64,000 bases of DNA from Podarcis filfolensis (Eukaryota): assembly GCA_964270895.1 (NCBI GenBank), contig OZ185435.1; one strand, given 5' to 3'. The notes under the pieces were generated by a model that saw only the letters and a program-made list of their open reading frames with translations, was not told the origin of the DNA and did no database searches. Shown in pieces: positions 37,289 through 50,014 of this stretch (position 1 is its first letter; each line of letters begins with the position of its first letter). The translations under genes and the position numbers were made by a program.

Positions 37289-39726
37289 GCTGCTGACCTT
37301 TACATTTGTGTGTGCATGTGCGCACATGCATGCATGTTATTGCTCCAGTTGTGGATATCTAGATACAAAGACAATAAATATAAATTAAAGGAGCTGTTCA
37401 AATGTTTATCTGTGCCCCTTACAAGCTTTCTTTATTTCTTTATAACAATTTAATTGTAGATAATAGGCAATACACTCATCATTCAGTAGATAGTGTCTAT
37501 AAATATTCAATATACACTCCTGCTGTCACAGAGAGACCTTGTTTTGAATGGGAAACTCGTGATTTCAACAGCTTCATGGGCAGCCAAGCTTGGCAATGTT
37601 TGGCTTTTTCACACCTGTTTAGTAGCTCAGCTATTTGGAAAGCACAGATATAATGGGCAAACAGCAGAAAGCTTGCAAATGTACTATGGAGTGTATATCA
37701 TTGCATTTGGTTATGTGACATGTTTACTATTCTATATTTACTCATTATACTTGAGGACTTGGAATTGTATGGATAAAAGATGGTACTTCGCTTTTCGGCT
37801 CTTTTTGTGAAAGCTCAAAATCTTTAGCTAATTAACAACTTTTTCATTTCAAAAAATCTGCCATGTAGCATTTACATGTTCAGTTATCATCAATCTTTAG
37901 TACATGAATGTGTGAATTTGTCATACTGGCCAGGAGCTAAAGAGAAAAATGAACATTGTGTTGCACAGCTATATTCCTCCTTGAATGGTTATTATCAAGA
38001 CATACAGCTCAATCCTCTTCATATTTACTTAGACAGAAGTCTTACTGTAGGTTCTTAGACTTTAGGACTGCAGCACTTTTTACTAAGACTTTGAAGAATT
38101 TCACATTCTTTCTCAGCAATCCTGACAACAACCCAGTATCGGAATGATCATCATCCCATGTTACATATGGCTGTCTGTCATTTTAAGAGGCAGTTGCATA
38201 TCTAAGGATCCCTGTTCAGTGCCAAACAGAGATTTGCTGAGCCAAACTTGTACGTGAACACTCAATTCATCAGTGTGCACTCCTGTCCCAGGTAGATCTG
38301 CTGCTGCACATAAGGCCTGATATTTAGTTGCTTGCAATTGCAGCATCCAGCTTTTGGCGAAGAATACCTTGCTTGAAAAAATGTGGTTGTTTTACTCTGA
38401 ACAGATCCCTTAAGCAGAGTAAAAAATGTGTGTAAGGAGAATTAAGAGATGTATTCATTTAAAAAAGTTGACATGTAACCAATAAAATTCATTGTTTTTT
38501 AAATGAATATTTGAAAAAAAGAAACAGCCGTGGATTTCTGTTGTGCTTCATTCAAATTACTTGGTATAGTAGCAATGTTTTGCAATAGTTTTCAGGGGGA
38601 AATAGTTGGATTTCACTAAGTATATTCCTCCCCCCCCCCCCCGCAAAAAAAGATAAAACCCCTATGATCATTGAATAATATTTCTGATATATCTTGTATT
38701 TCTAAAAATGTCTGCTTTCAGGGTGCAGAGGAGGGGAAAAACCACAAGTCTTGTTTCCCCAAATCTGCTGGGGTTAGATTACAGAGTGAGTAGAATAGCT
38801 GTATGTAGGCTATGAAGAACACAGCAGGTAACAAGATAGAGAACCAGGTGAATTTAATAAAACTCTTTTGTCTCTCTCAAGGCTCTCTTAATACATTTGT
38901 ATCAGGAGAATGTAATGCTTGCTTCACAAGGATATGCTGCAAAATGAATCACAATTGCAGTTTCATCTGGTATTAAAACTGTTATACTTACTGGAACAAG
39001 TATAGAACAAACAATATTAAATGAATCCTGAACCACAGTAAAATGGCAATGATTTCTACTAGGCTTGCAGGTATATTTGAAAGCAGGGGTTTGGATTAGT
39101 TTGACATACTGCAGCACATGCTTGAAAGTTAAAATTGTAAGTAGGAATGTCACATTGCTCTAAGAGAGAAATAACAGTTCTTTCCTGGGTTGTTGCTTGT
39201 GTACCTGGAGTGCACTGAATTTCCAGCTCCCAGCAAGTGTCAAAATTGCAAGCTTGAGCTTCTTGGTTAAGTTTTATCACCTTTTCCTTCCTTCTTCATC
39301 CTTTATTGGTCTATGTGAACATCGCTATTACAGCATAAGCCCTTCTAGGTAATAAAGAAAAATGAACTGTTTTATTTATTTTCATGTTTTATTTAGAACA
39401 TAAATAAATAAATAAATACAAAAGTTAGTGATATGTCATAAAAATGTCCAGGCCATTTACTATACTGTACTGAAGTGGTAACCATTGATTTCAATGAGAC
39501 TTAACATCCTTCTGGTTGCTGCTTTAAGTCCAGGGAATGTTGAGGTTTTCTTCCCTTTAAACTGCCCTGTTGTATTGACATTGAAGCGGAGTTTAACATC
39601 AGTATTTAACATTTAATGAAACGAGTAAACTAATTCTGCAGTTTAACTTAACATTTGCAGTAAGATGACTTGTACCCTAATGGCTTGTAATTAATTTTTC
39701 TGAAAAATCATATTTATGATAGTCTG

Positions 39727-40050
39727 NNNNNNNNNNNNNNNNNNNNNNNNNNNNNNNNNNNNNNNNNNNNNNNNNNNNNNNNNNNNNNNNNNNNNNNNNN
39801 NNNNNNNNNNNNNNNNNNNNNNNNNNNNNNNNNNNNNNNNNNNNNNNNNNNNNNNNNNCTCAAAATGCAANNNNNNNNNNNNNNNNNNNNNNNNNNNNNN
39901 NNNNNNNNNNNNNNNNNNNNNNNNNNNNNNNNNNNNNNNNNNNNNNNNNNNNNNNNNNNNNNNNNNNNNNNNNNNNNNNNNNNNNNNNNNNNNNNNNNNN
40001 NNNNNNNNNNNNNNNNNNNNNNNNNNNNNNNNNNNNNNNNNNNNNNNNNN
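39727..40050. other. Two assembly gaps (132 N and 180 N) around a 12-bp island at 39859-39870
   Basis: N runs. Confidence 0.99.
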
Positions 40051-42563
40051 TTGGAGAGATATAATTTATCCTACAACATTAGTTCAGATTAGGAAATTGC
40101 ATTCTGTATAGTGAAAGTTTATATGATAGTGTCTGTCTTTGTGTATGAAGTTGAACAAGTGCCCAGTTATCTTTCAAAAACATTCTGTTGTAAAATAATG
40201 CAGGAACATGGTCTCTACAGCTATTTGTGCTTTATACTTCCTAAACCTTTCAGATATAAATAATTGCTCTTGCACATACACATTCACTGTCCTCCCCGCC
40301 CGCCAAGAAACTGATCTGGCCATTGAAACAAAATAGTGAGCTATTGGAGTGTGACTTTATTGGTAGATCTATATTGCGTACTTTGTCAAGCTTGCTTTAA
40401 GGTGGTTCTTAAAATGGCAGATGCTGCTGAGAGTGTTTAATTCAATTATAATGCCAGTTTACAATAATAAAGAGAAAAGTCATTTTACAATGGTTAATGA
40501 GTACAAATTTGACCGCAATGCAAATGTTCAATAGAGTGTACAAGATGAACATTGGCCAAATTATTTATAGATAAATAGCAAGTAGCTGCTGCAGTAGTCC
40601 ACCAAGGCGGATAGTAGATAATAAAAAGCATAAACATCATAGTTTAGAAGGATGAAATGACAACCTTGCCCTTTCCCCCAGCTTTTAATCTTTTGAATTC
40701 TGATTGGGGAATAATCTACATGCAACCCCAGTAATAATGACAAACAAAGGAGGGGTTTCCACTTTTGCTTTGTATAATATGACGGTCTATGGGGGAAGGG
40801 GGCGATCCTTTCAAATTATTGTCAGTTCCTACTTTGTGGTCAGAGATGATCGAAGCCCATATTCATTTAATACTCCCCAATCAGAACTTGACAGAGGTAT
40901 TGGTTATTTTCTCATTTCATCACTGAAGCATGCCAGTGTAGTTTAGTCCCTAATTACTCTCAAACTGAGACGTTCCAAGTATTCCCATGGCGGTAATATT
41001 TTTCTGCCTGGCTGAGTCATTACGTTGTTTGGCAGACTCAAACACCAGCCTTTCATTGTTGGAACACTACCCCTCATGTAGCACCACATCTTTTCCCCTC
41101 TGCTGTCTGTTCCACAACTTTCATCCTGCTGTGACATTTCAAGCTGTACAGTATGAAAGCACATTTGCCTTCCTTCTCTCTGACTGGGCCAAGGACACTA
41201 GACAGGGATTTGTCTGAATAGAGCTCCTTAATGATCTTGGGGAGCAGTGGCTCTCCCCTGCTGACAGGAGGGGTTTATTTGTTTGCTAGTTGCATTAAAG
41301 ATCAGGGGGGTCCTTTTCAACAAAGGCTTGTAGTAGGGACGGTTTGCACTACTACACATGCCTGGTGCTTCAGTAACTTTGTACATCAGGTGTTCCCCTC
41401 GTGTTAAAAATCCCTTTCTGTTTTCATTTCATTTCCAATATCCTGCAGATGGCATAAAGATGAAAGCGCTGAAATGTACAACTCACTGCTATAAAGGGGA
41501 AAAAAATGTTCGTCTTTCAGATAGCAAAGACATTTCACAGTTGGAGTTTAACTCCATTTGATATAATGCAGGAAGTTAATAAAATCTCAAAGACAGACAT
41601 GCTTGCTTGTCAACATTATTATCATACCTCTTGGTTGTTTGATTTTAATGTGTGTTTGTGTTTTACCCCTGTTGAATCTAGTTTGATTTCAATTCCTATC
41701 CATAAGCAGAGATTCGCTTTGCTGAGCGGTTGCACACTTAATCGTGACGTTTGGCCAGTATATCAAATACAATTGTGCAAATTTCTTATTTCTAACTTAT
41801 TTATAGGTTTCTAATTCTTAAAATGTATGCTTCTCTCTTGCAATAAACTGCTAGCACTAGTCTTGAGTCTGAGGTATGTTAATATCCCCACCCCCACCCC
41901 GCGCCATTAGTTTGACTGGTGATCGTGGGAGCTAAATGCATTGACTCGCAGCACATAGTGTGGCTTGTTTGGGGGGAAATGTTAATTTGTGGTCACCTTC
42001 TGGCAAAGCAGCTATCTCTGAGAGCTGATTCCCACCTATGTAGGAGGCATCTGGAAAAGCTTGCACACGGTGGTGGCTTTGTGCTGCAACTGAAAGCTGC
42101 TTGCCACATATATCTCCTGGTCTTTGGAAAGGCTCCACACTAGCACCAGAGACTGCAAGGTCCTCGTGTGAAGATTGTGGCTTTTTGACCCATGTGACAA
42201 ACAGCTTGCACATAATACCTTATGAACCCATTGTCTTCCAGTGGCTTCTCAAGACAGGCCTACAGCATGGCAATTGGCCAATTATATTTTTTGCATGCCG
42301 TGGATGACAGCAGAAGCTACTCAGGTGATGTAGATGGTGGATACAGGTGTTGGCACCTAATCCTAGTTTGCGGACAGGTTTTGGACTTTATTCTTGGGGC
42401 TCCTTCAAACAATATGGATGATTTAATTCAGCTGTTCTCAGTTTGGCCTGTGGACCACCAGCTGTCAGGTCCTTTTCAGGTAGTCTGTGGATATGTTCCA
42501 GAATTGTTGTGATTATATTTTAAAAAAAAAATAAGAATGGAGATGAAAACCATTTTGAACATG

Positions 42564-42910
42564 GGTAAAGGTAAAGGGACCCCCGACCATTAGGTCCAGT
42601 CGTGGCCGACTCTGGGGTTGCAGTGCTCATCTCGCTTTATTGGCCGAGGGAACCGGCGTACAGCTTCTGGGTCATGTGGCCAGCATGACTAAGCCGCATC
42701 TGGCGAAACCAGAGCAGCGCACAGAAACACCGTTTACCTTCCCGCTGGAGCGGTACCTATTTATCTACTTGCACTTTGACATGCTTTCAAACTGCTAGGT
42801 TGGCAGGAGCAGGGACCAAGCAACGGGAGCTCGCCCCATCGCGGGGATTCAAACCGCCAACCTTCTGATCGGCAAGCCCTAGGCTCTGTGGTTTAACCCA
42901 CAGCGCCACC
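42564..42910 (+). mobile_element. Sauria SINE, near full length
   Basis: GGTAAAGGTAAAGGGACCCC head through CAGCGCCACC; no TSD found. Confidence 0.93.
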
Positions 42911-42918
42911 TTATATAA

Positions 42919-43210
42919 TAGGCATCAGCGTAGTGCCAGTTGCCAGTGCCTGGGGTGCGCATGCGCTGGGTAGTGGGGTGCCAGCCCAGCCCTTGATGCC
43001 GCTGGAGTGACCCCATCTGCATCGGAGCAAAGCTGAGTCACCTTCCTGCCTGTGCAGGGTGGAGCCCAGCTAGCCCGTGTGGCCCTTGGTGGGCGGAGAG
43101 GAGCACTGGGCCCAGCCACGCTGGGGGCACCTGTGGGTGTGTGTGTCTGGTTTGCACCCCCTCAAAAATTGTGCACTCGGGGCCCCTGACACCCCCACGC
43201 TGCTCCCCTG
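42919..43210. mobile_element. GC-rich putative non-autonomous DNA element, unclassified
   Basis: Abrupt GC-rich block ending CCCCCACGCTGCTCCCCTG, which resembles the reverse complement of the start at 50785; no clean TIR pair or TSD. Confidence 0.35.
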
Positions 43211-43477
43211 ATAATCAGCTAATAAATCCCTGGCCTTGGCCCCATGATCTCAGTAAGACAATGCAGGTGTTAATGATAATTCTGGAACTGAAGAAACAAA
43301 ATGTGTTAAGTGGTCTGCCAAGACTCTAAAATTTTTCAAATGATCTGGAAGGGACAGGGAAGGCCACACATGGTAACATACAACTGTGTTTGACTACCTT
43401 AGGGTGCGTTAGGAATTACCTGTTGAGCACCAGGCAATACTGGGGGTGTTCACCACTCTCAAAAGAGACAACTTTGC

Positions 43478-43793
43478 TGGAACATGTGCTTTACTTGCGG
43501 AAGATACCAAGCCCTGGCATCTTCACATAGGGCTCAGCAGTGCTTTTTTTCCTTTAAAAAAATGTTTAGGAGTACTCTCCTTTTCCTACTCATATTGAAA
43601 TACTGCCCCTCAATGAGGCCAAACTTAGATTCACAAAATGTTTAGGGGTATGCGTACCCTTGCGTACCCCCCCAGAAAAAAAGCACTGGGGCTCAGAAAG
43701 GCACATATCTGAAATCCTGGAAAGCCAATGGAACAAATAATGGTAAGTCAGATAGACGAATGGTCTGACTCGGTGTAAGGTAGCTTTCCATGC
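43478..43793 (+). mobile_element. tRNA-headed SINE interrupted by hAT MITE family B
   Basis: SINE body continues across the GGGCTCAG duplication; 3' block AATGGTCTGACTCGGTGTAAGGTAGCTT. Confidence 0.65.
43538..43688. mobile_element. hAT MITE family B
   Basis: TIR CAGTGCTTTTTTT; TSD GGGCTCAG at 43530-43537 and 43689-43696. Confidence 0.93.
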
Positions 43794-43898
43794 TACTAGT
43801 TATGGGCACACTTGATTAGATATTTAAGAATGTGCTTAAGCATTTTTCACTCAAACCAATGGGACTTAAAAGGGTTTAATTATAGCTGGCTTGCTCCT

Positions 43899-43952
43899 CT
43901 TCTTCTTCTTCTTCTTCTTCTTCTTCTTCTTCTTCTTCTTCTTCTTCTTCTT
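43899..43952. repeat. (CTT)n microsatellite
   Basis: Direct reading. Confidence 0.95.
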
Positions 43953-44045
43953 TGAGCAATGCCACTCAATCACACTTAAAAGTGATTACATTGTTTGCTT
44001 GAAGGAAGTGGAAACGCATTTTGGGGAGAAACAACTTGCTCTGTA

Positions 44046-45302
44046 CAGGTAGTTCGCATCTTACGCTTATTTAGCATACATGCTCGCAGCTTTACGTGCA
44101 TTGCCAAAAAATATTTGTTTAAAAATGTTGCAGAAATGGCATGCAGTAGGGAAAAAGAATAATAAAATTGTGTGAAAATGGCACTTGCGGGGGGAAAGGG
44201 GGTCGGAAGAGCAGGAAAGAATGGCCAGCAGCCATTGTGAGAGTGTTTGGGTGTGGAAGAAGCTTTTGGAATGGGTGATCAGAAGAGGCCAGAGAGACTT
44301 ACGGAGGAGTTTCGAGAGAGGTGGTTGACCAAGCTTCAGACTGCAAAATGGCAGCCTCTGGATCAAGGTGTGAATCACTGCTTCAAGGCTGCTTACACAA
44401 AGTTCACCTTTTCCTGGATGATGAACCTGATGGATGCTGATCCGGATCTTGACCTCACAACATGCTGGAAGTCTTTCAGCATTGCCCATTCCAGCACCTG
44501 CGTCAATCAGGCAGTGGGTTCAATCACACCTGAAACCGTGAATGCCTGTTGATGGAACTTGGGGAAAGAATGTGTGCATGATTTCAAGGGATTTCCAAAC
44601 ATTGTCAGTGAGGTGAAGGACATTGTGCAGAGGACCGCGCAAGTGGGTAGTGATGGCTTTGTTGACCTCATCCAGGAAGAAGTGGAAGATGTAATTGAGG
44701 ACCAACAGGTATTGACAGTTGAAGAGCTGGAAGAACTGGTCAGATAAAGCTCAGAATGAGGATGAGGATGGTAAGCATGAGTCAGCAAGATGGAACCTGC
44801 AGGAATTTTCTCAATTCTTCCAAGTAATAAAGCATGCAAGTTTCTTGTTTGCAAAGTTTTGCCCCTCCATGGAATGCAGCCTCAAGATCATCCATGGAAT
44901 TACAGACACTTGGAGACCATACAACAACATGCTTGATGAGCTCAAGAGACAACAGCAATTGCCAATCACCATATTCCTCACAAATAAACCGCCACCAGCA
45001 GCAGATGTGCATGGGAAACCCACCTCTGGATCTGAACCACACCCCAATACTTCTTCTGGCTACCAGGCAGCCCCCTGGCCCTCGTATCATATGCAGCAGC
45101 ATCTAGCAAGGGAGAGGAAAAGGAAGACTGAGAGCCACATTCGCCCCTCACTGGTAAGTGCAGCATTCATTCATTCATTCATTAAATATGATTTTTATAG
45201 GTCTTAATGGTTTTCTAGGGGGTAGTCTGGCTTTACACAATTTTGCTTACACAATTTTGCTTATACATGGATGTAACCGCTACGTAGGATGCGAGTTACC
45301 TG
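44046..45302 (+). mobile_element. Internally deleted Tigger/pogo DNA transposon (1257 bp)
   Basis: 20-bp TIRs CAGGTAGTTCGCATCTTACG / CGTAGGATGCGAGTTACCTG (17/20); TA TSD at 44044-44045 and 45303-45304. Confidence 0.92.
44247..45010 (+). pseudogene. Decayed pogo/Tigger transposase, C-terminal half
   Basis: QPLDQGVNHCFKAAY (pogo DDE motif), WKSFSI...ETVNAC*W, CVHDFKGF, LTVEELEEL and KRQQQLPITIF; contains a stop and a frameshift. Confidence 0.88.
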
Positions 45303-46039
45303 TATTCAGGATATGAGAGCAGAACTACGAGTTACGAGGCAAACGTGGCTTTCCAAACCCTTTACTTAATAGTATGGTGATATTGCTGTGTTTGTATAGT
45401 TTTAGACTGGTATGTTTATATTGTAGTATTTTAATTGTATGTGTAACTGCCCTGGGAAGTCTTAGTGTGCCACTGAAGGTTTGGGATTTAAAAAAAAATA
45501 CACCCAATAATATTAATTAATATGAGGGCAGGCATATGCATAGTCTCATTGGCAGGCAGAAGGAAATGCTTAGCCTTTTCCATGCCTTCTCCCACTCAGC
45601 TATTTTTCTCTTTACTGAAGTTTAGAAATTAGCCTCATAGGGAAGAAAAATGTGTGCGTGTGTTTGGGGAAACCCAGTCAGTTGGGTGGGATAGAAATAA
45701 TAAAATTATTATTATTAATATTAGTAGTAGTAGTGTGTGTAGAGTCCTGTGGACAGTAATTGGGAAAAGTTAAGCACTACCCATCAAATTCTCTCCAGCA
45801 GATTCTCCGCCCGCCCACTCCCAAATACAAATTTGGGAACCAGGTTATTGTGTTGTTTTTTGACACTGGATGCCAGTCCACATAAGTTGGAGGAAAAGAG
45901 GTGACATTCATCTCCCACTTCTGCAAAGGAGGGTATCCTATCACCATGCATATACTGCTTTCCAGGAGAACAATTACAGCTAAACAACTTTATTATCTCA
46001 AGATGCCAAGGTCTATTTGAGCAAGAATGACCTTTTAAA

Positions 46040-46175
46040 AATTAGCATTTCTACAGCACCTTTCACAGTATACAGTGTAGTCTACATTGATCCTCATAGC
46101 AATGCCTTGACTGGTTGACTGGTGACCTTCATGGTTGAGAAATGACTTGAACCCTGAGCTCCCAAGTCCAGATCC
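46040..46175 (-). mobile_element. Highly degenerate MIR/CORE-type SINE remnant
   Basis: GATCCTCATAGCAATGCC...TGACTTGAACCC...TCCAGATCCAAC, similar to 56160-56352. Confidence 0.4.
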
Positions 46176-46317
46176 AACAACAGCATGATCTTTGGTCACT
46201 TTTGGTAGCTTCTTCTAATTTTACACAGAATATTAACTTAAGAAATAAAACAATTTGTGAGGGGAGAAACAAACACAGTGTGAATTATGGCATGATAACA
46301 TATTTATTAATATGAAT

Positions 46318-46396
46318 TAGCTGAGATTCCTGCATTGCAGGGGGTTGGACTAGATGACCCTTGGGTCCCTTCCAGCTCTAAGATTCTAGGATTCTA
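46318..46396 (+). mobile_element. CR1 LINE 3' end
   Basis: GATTCCTGCATTGCAGGGGGTTGGACTAGATGACC...GATTCTAGGATTCTA. Confidence 0.8.
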
Positions 46397-47651
46397 ATTA
46401 TAACTATCTTGTGATCTGCAGTGGTGTTTTCTCTAACCAGTGACATGAACTGAACAGAAGAACTGCGCTTTTCTTAGCTGTGAAGAAAGATTAGCAAATA
46501 AAATATCTGAAACCGTCTCTGTGTGTGCGTGTGCACGTGTGCATAAGAGAGGGGGGGGAGGGAGGGAAGGCTGGTCCCTCTATGTCACGGTTGAACTGCA
46601 CTGGAGGTGGAATGTGGGATGCTGGCAGTCTGCTCACTCAACTGTATTTGACTAGCGCCGTCAACCCCTCAGCTTTCACAAGCATTGAAAGTGTCAAAAA
46701 TCTCTCAGAGAAAGTATAAATTTTAACCAGCCTATTTCTGGTTCATATTTAATGCTGTTTTTAAAAGCTTTAAAGCATAACGGTATTCAAAGCGTTCTTC
46801 ATCGTGGCTCTTGTGAGCCAGTATAAATCAAGTAGGCAGTTTATTGTTTTTTTGTGTGTGTATGTGTCAAAAAAGGGAGAGAGGGACTGTGTAATCAAGT
46901 AACTAAGATGTATGGCAGATCTGGCTCCTGTATTTAATATTAATAGCTAAGCATGTTTACTTCAGTAAAGTGTAATCTTAAACATGTTCAGATCTGAATA
47001 TTGCATCGCTTGTCATTTGATAACTCCCTGCATCTTATAAACAAACAAAAGTTTCAGGCATACTTTGTCTACCAGCAATTTAATTTGGGAACATAAAGGT
47101 TTTTGCCGAATATAGAAAATAAATGTATATTTTGGCAGTAACCTATTAACAAGTTAATGGATCCATAATTATGCATGTTTAAAACATGGTGAAAGTTGGT
47201 TTACCATGTCATCTGTTGTAAGGACAGTGCCATATGGGATATAAAAATTGGCTTGATGGATTTATTTTGCTATTTGTTTGCTTTTTACATTATTTTGCCC
47301 TTTTGCCAAAGTGCTCAGTGTGAAATATGTAATCCTATGCACATAAGTTGCATTGAACTCATTGATGCTTACTTCTGAGCAGTGTCCTATAGTCTTGAGA
47401 CTGACAAGCACGGCACGATTGTGCTATTCAGCTTCTGTCCATCCCGTCATTTACTATTAAGGGTAGAAGACTGCATAATAGATATGGAGGTCCCATTAAC
47501 TTTCATGGCTGTTAACTATTGTAATACCTATTCTGCATGAAATATTATTTTCATCCCCCTATTAGGTCCTCTGACCTAGTGGTGATAATTGTATCATGTG
47601 ACCCTGAATTTCATATGGTACAGAACGATCCTATGACCAATAACTAACTTA

Positions 47652-48016
47652 AAAGGTAAAGGTACCCCTGCCCGTACGGGCCAGTCGTGTCCGACTCTAG
47701 GGTTGTGCGCCCATCTCACTTAAGAGGCCGGGGGCCAGCGCTGTCCGGAGACACTTCCGGGTCACGTGGCCAGCGTGACGAAGCTGCTCTGGCGAGCCGG
47801 CACCAGCGCAGCACACGGAAACACCGTTTACCTTCCCGCTATAAAGCGGTACCTATTTATCTACTTGCACTTAGGGGTGCTTTCGAACTGCTAGGTGGGC
47901 AGGAGCTGGGACCGAGAGACGGGAGCTCACCCCGCCACGGGGATTCGAACCGCCGACCATGCGATCGGCAAGCCCTAGGCGCTGAGGTTTTACCCACAGC
48001 GCCACCCGCGTCCCCT
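47652..48016 (+). mobile_element. Sauria SINE (distinct subfamily, GGTACCCCTGCCCGTACGGG head)
   Basis: Full length; 13-bp TSD AATAACTAACTTA at 47639-47651 and 48017-48029. Confidence 0.95.
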
Positions 48017-48052
48017 AATAACTAACTTAGTTGTTCTCTAAGGTGCTACTGG

Positions 48053-48398
48053 GGATTAAACCGCTGTGGGTTAAACCGCAGAGCCTAGGACTTGCCAATC
48101 AGAAGGTTGGCGTTTCAAATCCCCACGATGAGGTGAACTCCCATTGCTTGGTCTCTGCTCCTGACAACCTAGCAGTTTGAAAGCACGTCAAAGTGCAAGT
48201 AGATAAATAGGTACTGCTCCGGCGGGAAGGTAAACGGCGTTTCCGTGAGCTGCTCTGGTTCACCAGAAGCGGCTTAGTCATGCTGGCCACATGACCCGGA
48301 AGCTGTACGCCGGCTCCCTTGGCCAATAAAGCGAGATGAACACCGCAACCCCAGAGTCGGTCACGACTGGACCTAATAGTCAGGGATACCTTTACCTT
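48053..48398 (-). mobile_element. Sauria SINE
   Basis: Reverse complement of the family consensus seen in the other copies; 14-bp TSD TAAG(G/T)TGCTACTGG. Confidence 0.94.
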
Positions 48399-49858
48399 TA
48401 AGTTGCTACTGGAAGGAATTTTTTAATTTAATTTAATTTAATTTGTTAAGAAAATGTATGCCAGAGCTCCCACCACTTCCTGTTCTGTGACAGCTTGCTG
48501 TGGCAAGGGCAGAAGGGGGAGGTGACTTTCTCCATTTTTGTGATGAGCTTTTAAATATTCACATGTGTACGTTTGCATGTACACACCAATCATTGCTAGC
48601 TCTACGGGTGTGTGTTAGGGGATTTGGGTCCACCTTGACTCACCTTGAGAAACTCCCCATGTATTTTTTTTTGCCCCCTTTCCCATCAGTACATCCACGT
48701 AGAGCTGTCCCACTAACCGAGCTTCTCCACAACAGCAGAGCAGCACTTGTCCCTCCTTGGACCCCTCAGCCTGACTCCCAGTAAAGATAGGGTTGCTCAT
48801 TGAAGCTTTGTAATGCATAAGTATACTCAGTTGCCTATCTAGATTTCACTGGTTGATGTGGTGTGGTCAGATTTTAAGATGCATTTTAATCTTAACACTG
48901 TTTATAATTTCATGAACCACTACAATGTCACTCATTAATTTATCAAATTAAGCTCCTTTGCTCCCTAACTCCTAAACCATTTAGTTGCTTATTTCTGCAT
49001 CATCTGATCTGTTTTGAGGTGGGGTGATGAAAGCTCTAAAGTGTATTTTGAATGTGGCTACTCTCAGGATTTACAAGCTGGCATTATAATGATTTCTGTT
49101 TCATTTTCTATTCCTTTACTTAATAAGTCCTAATGTTGAAGTTGACTTTTTCATTCCTACATCCCATTATTATTTTGTTAATTATATTTATTTACACAAT
49201 GACTCCCAGAACTTCTTTCCTGGGAAATCTCTTTAACAGTCAGTCAATACTCCACTAATAAATATATGAAGAAGGAAGGCGGGGCTGGTCTCAGTGTGCA
49301 TTACTTTGCATTTTCTCACATTTTCCCCTTCAGCTGCATTCAGTTGTCTATTCACCAGTTTGAAGAGATCATTGTGGAGTTCTTCTTAGTCTGCTAGGGA
49401 TTGCATCATTCTGAATAATTTGACTGGGCTATCTCAATTCAGAAACAGTGCCAGAGCCATTAAAGAGGCTTGGGGGACACGGCTTGCTTCCCTCTCTCAA
49501 CATTCTGGTTTTTAATCAGTTACTGATCCATAAGAGAACCAGTTATCTTATTCCATGGCTGTTAGATTTTAATGGGAGCTTCTTGGTGGGACTTTGGCAG
49601 AAGCATTTTCAAAGTTGAATTGCTGTTTGGGATGGAGTTTTGCCACCAGACTACTTCCATACAAGTGGTTTGAAACAAGCTGTAGTTTAATGTTAAGTTT
49701 TGAATCTTTTACTTTTAGGAACTCCTAGATTTACTTTTTAAAAATTAATAATAATAATAATAATAGTAGTAGTAGTAGTAAAAATTGTGTAGATGTGTGC
49801 ATGTGTATATGCAATAATTATTAATGAGACCTGCAAAACTGCGCATATTGAGGAACAG

Positions 49859-50014
49859 NNNNNNNNNNNNNNNNNNNNNNNNNNNNNNNNNNNNNNNNNN
49901 NNNNNNNNNNNNNNNNNNNNNNNNNNNNNNNNNNNNNNNNNNNNNNNNNNNNNNNNNNNNNNNNNNNNNNNNNNNNNNNNNNNNNNNNNNNNNNNNNNNN
50001 NNNNNNNNNNNNNN
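49859..50014. other. Assembly gap (156 N)
   Basis: N run. Confidence 0.99.

Noticed and set aside
42957-42966. Perfect NRF1 motif GCGCATGCGC as a promoter
   Set aside because: Lies within a probable transposon-derived GC block with no CpG island or downstream exon
47600-47640. Hammerhead ribozyme upstream of the Penelope-like terminus
   Set aside because: No CTGANGA...GAAA core with a stem II is present here or at 25895
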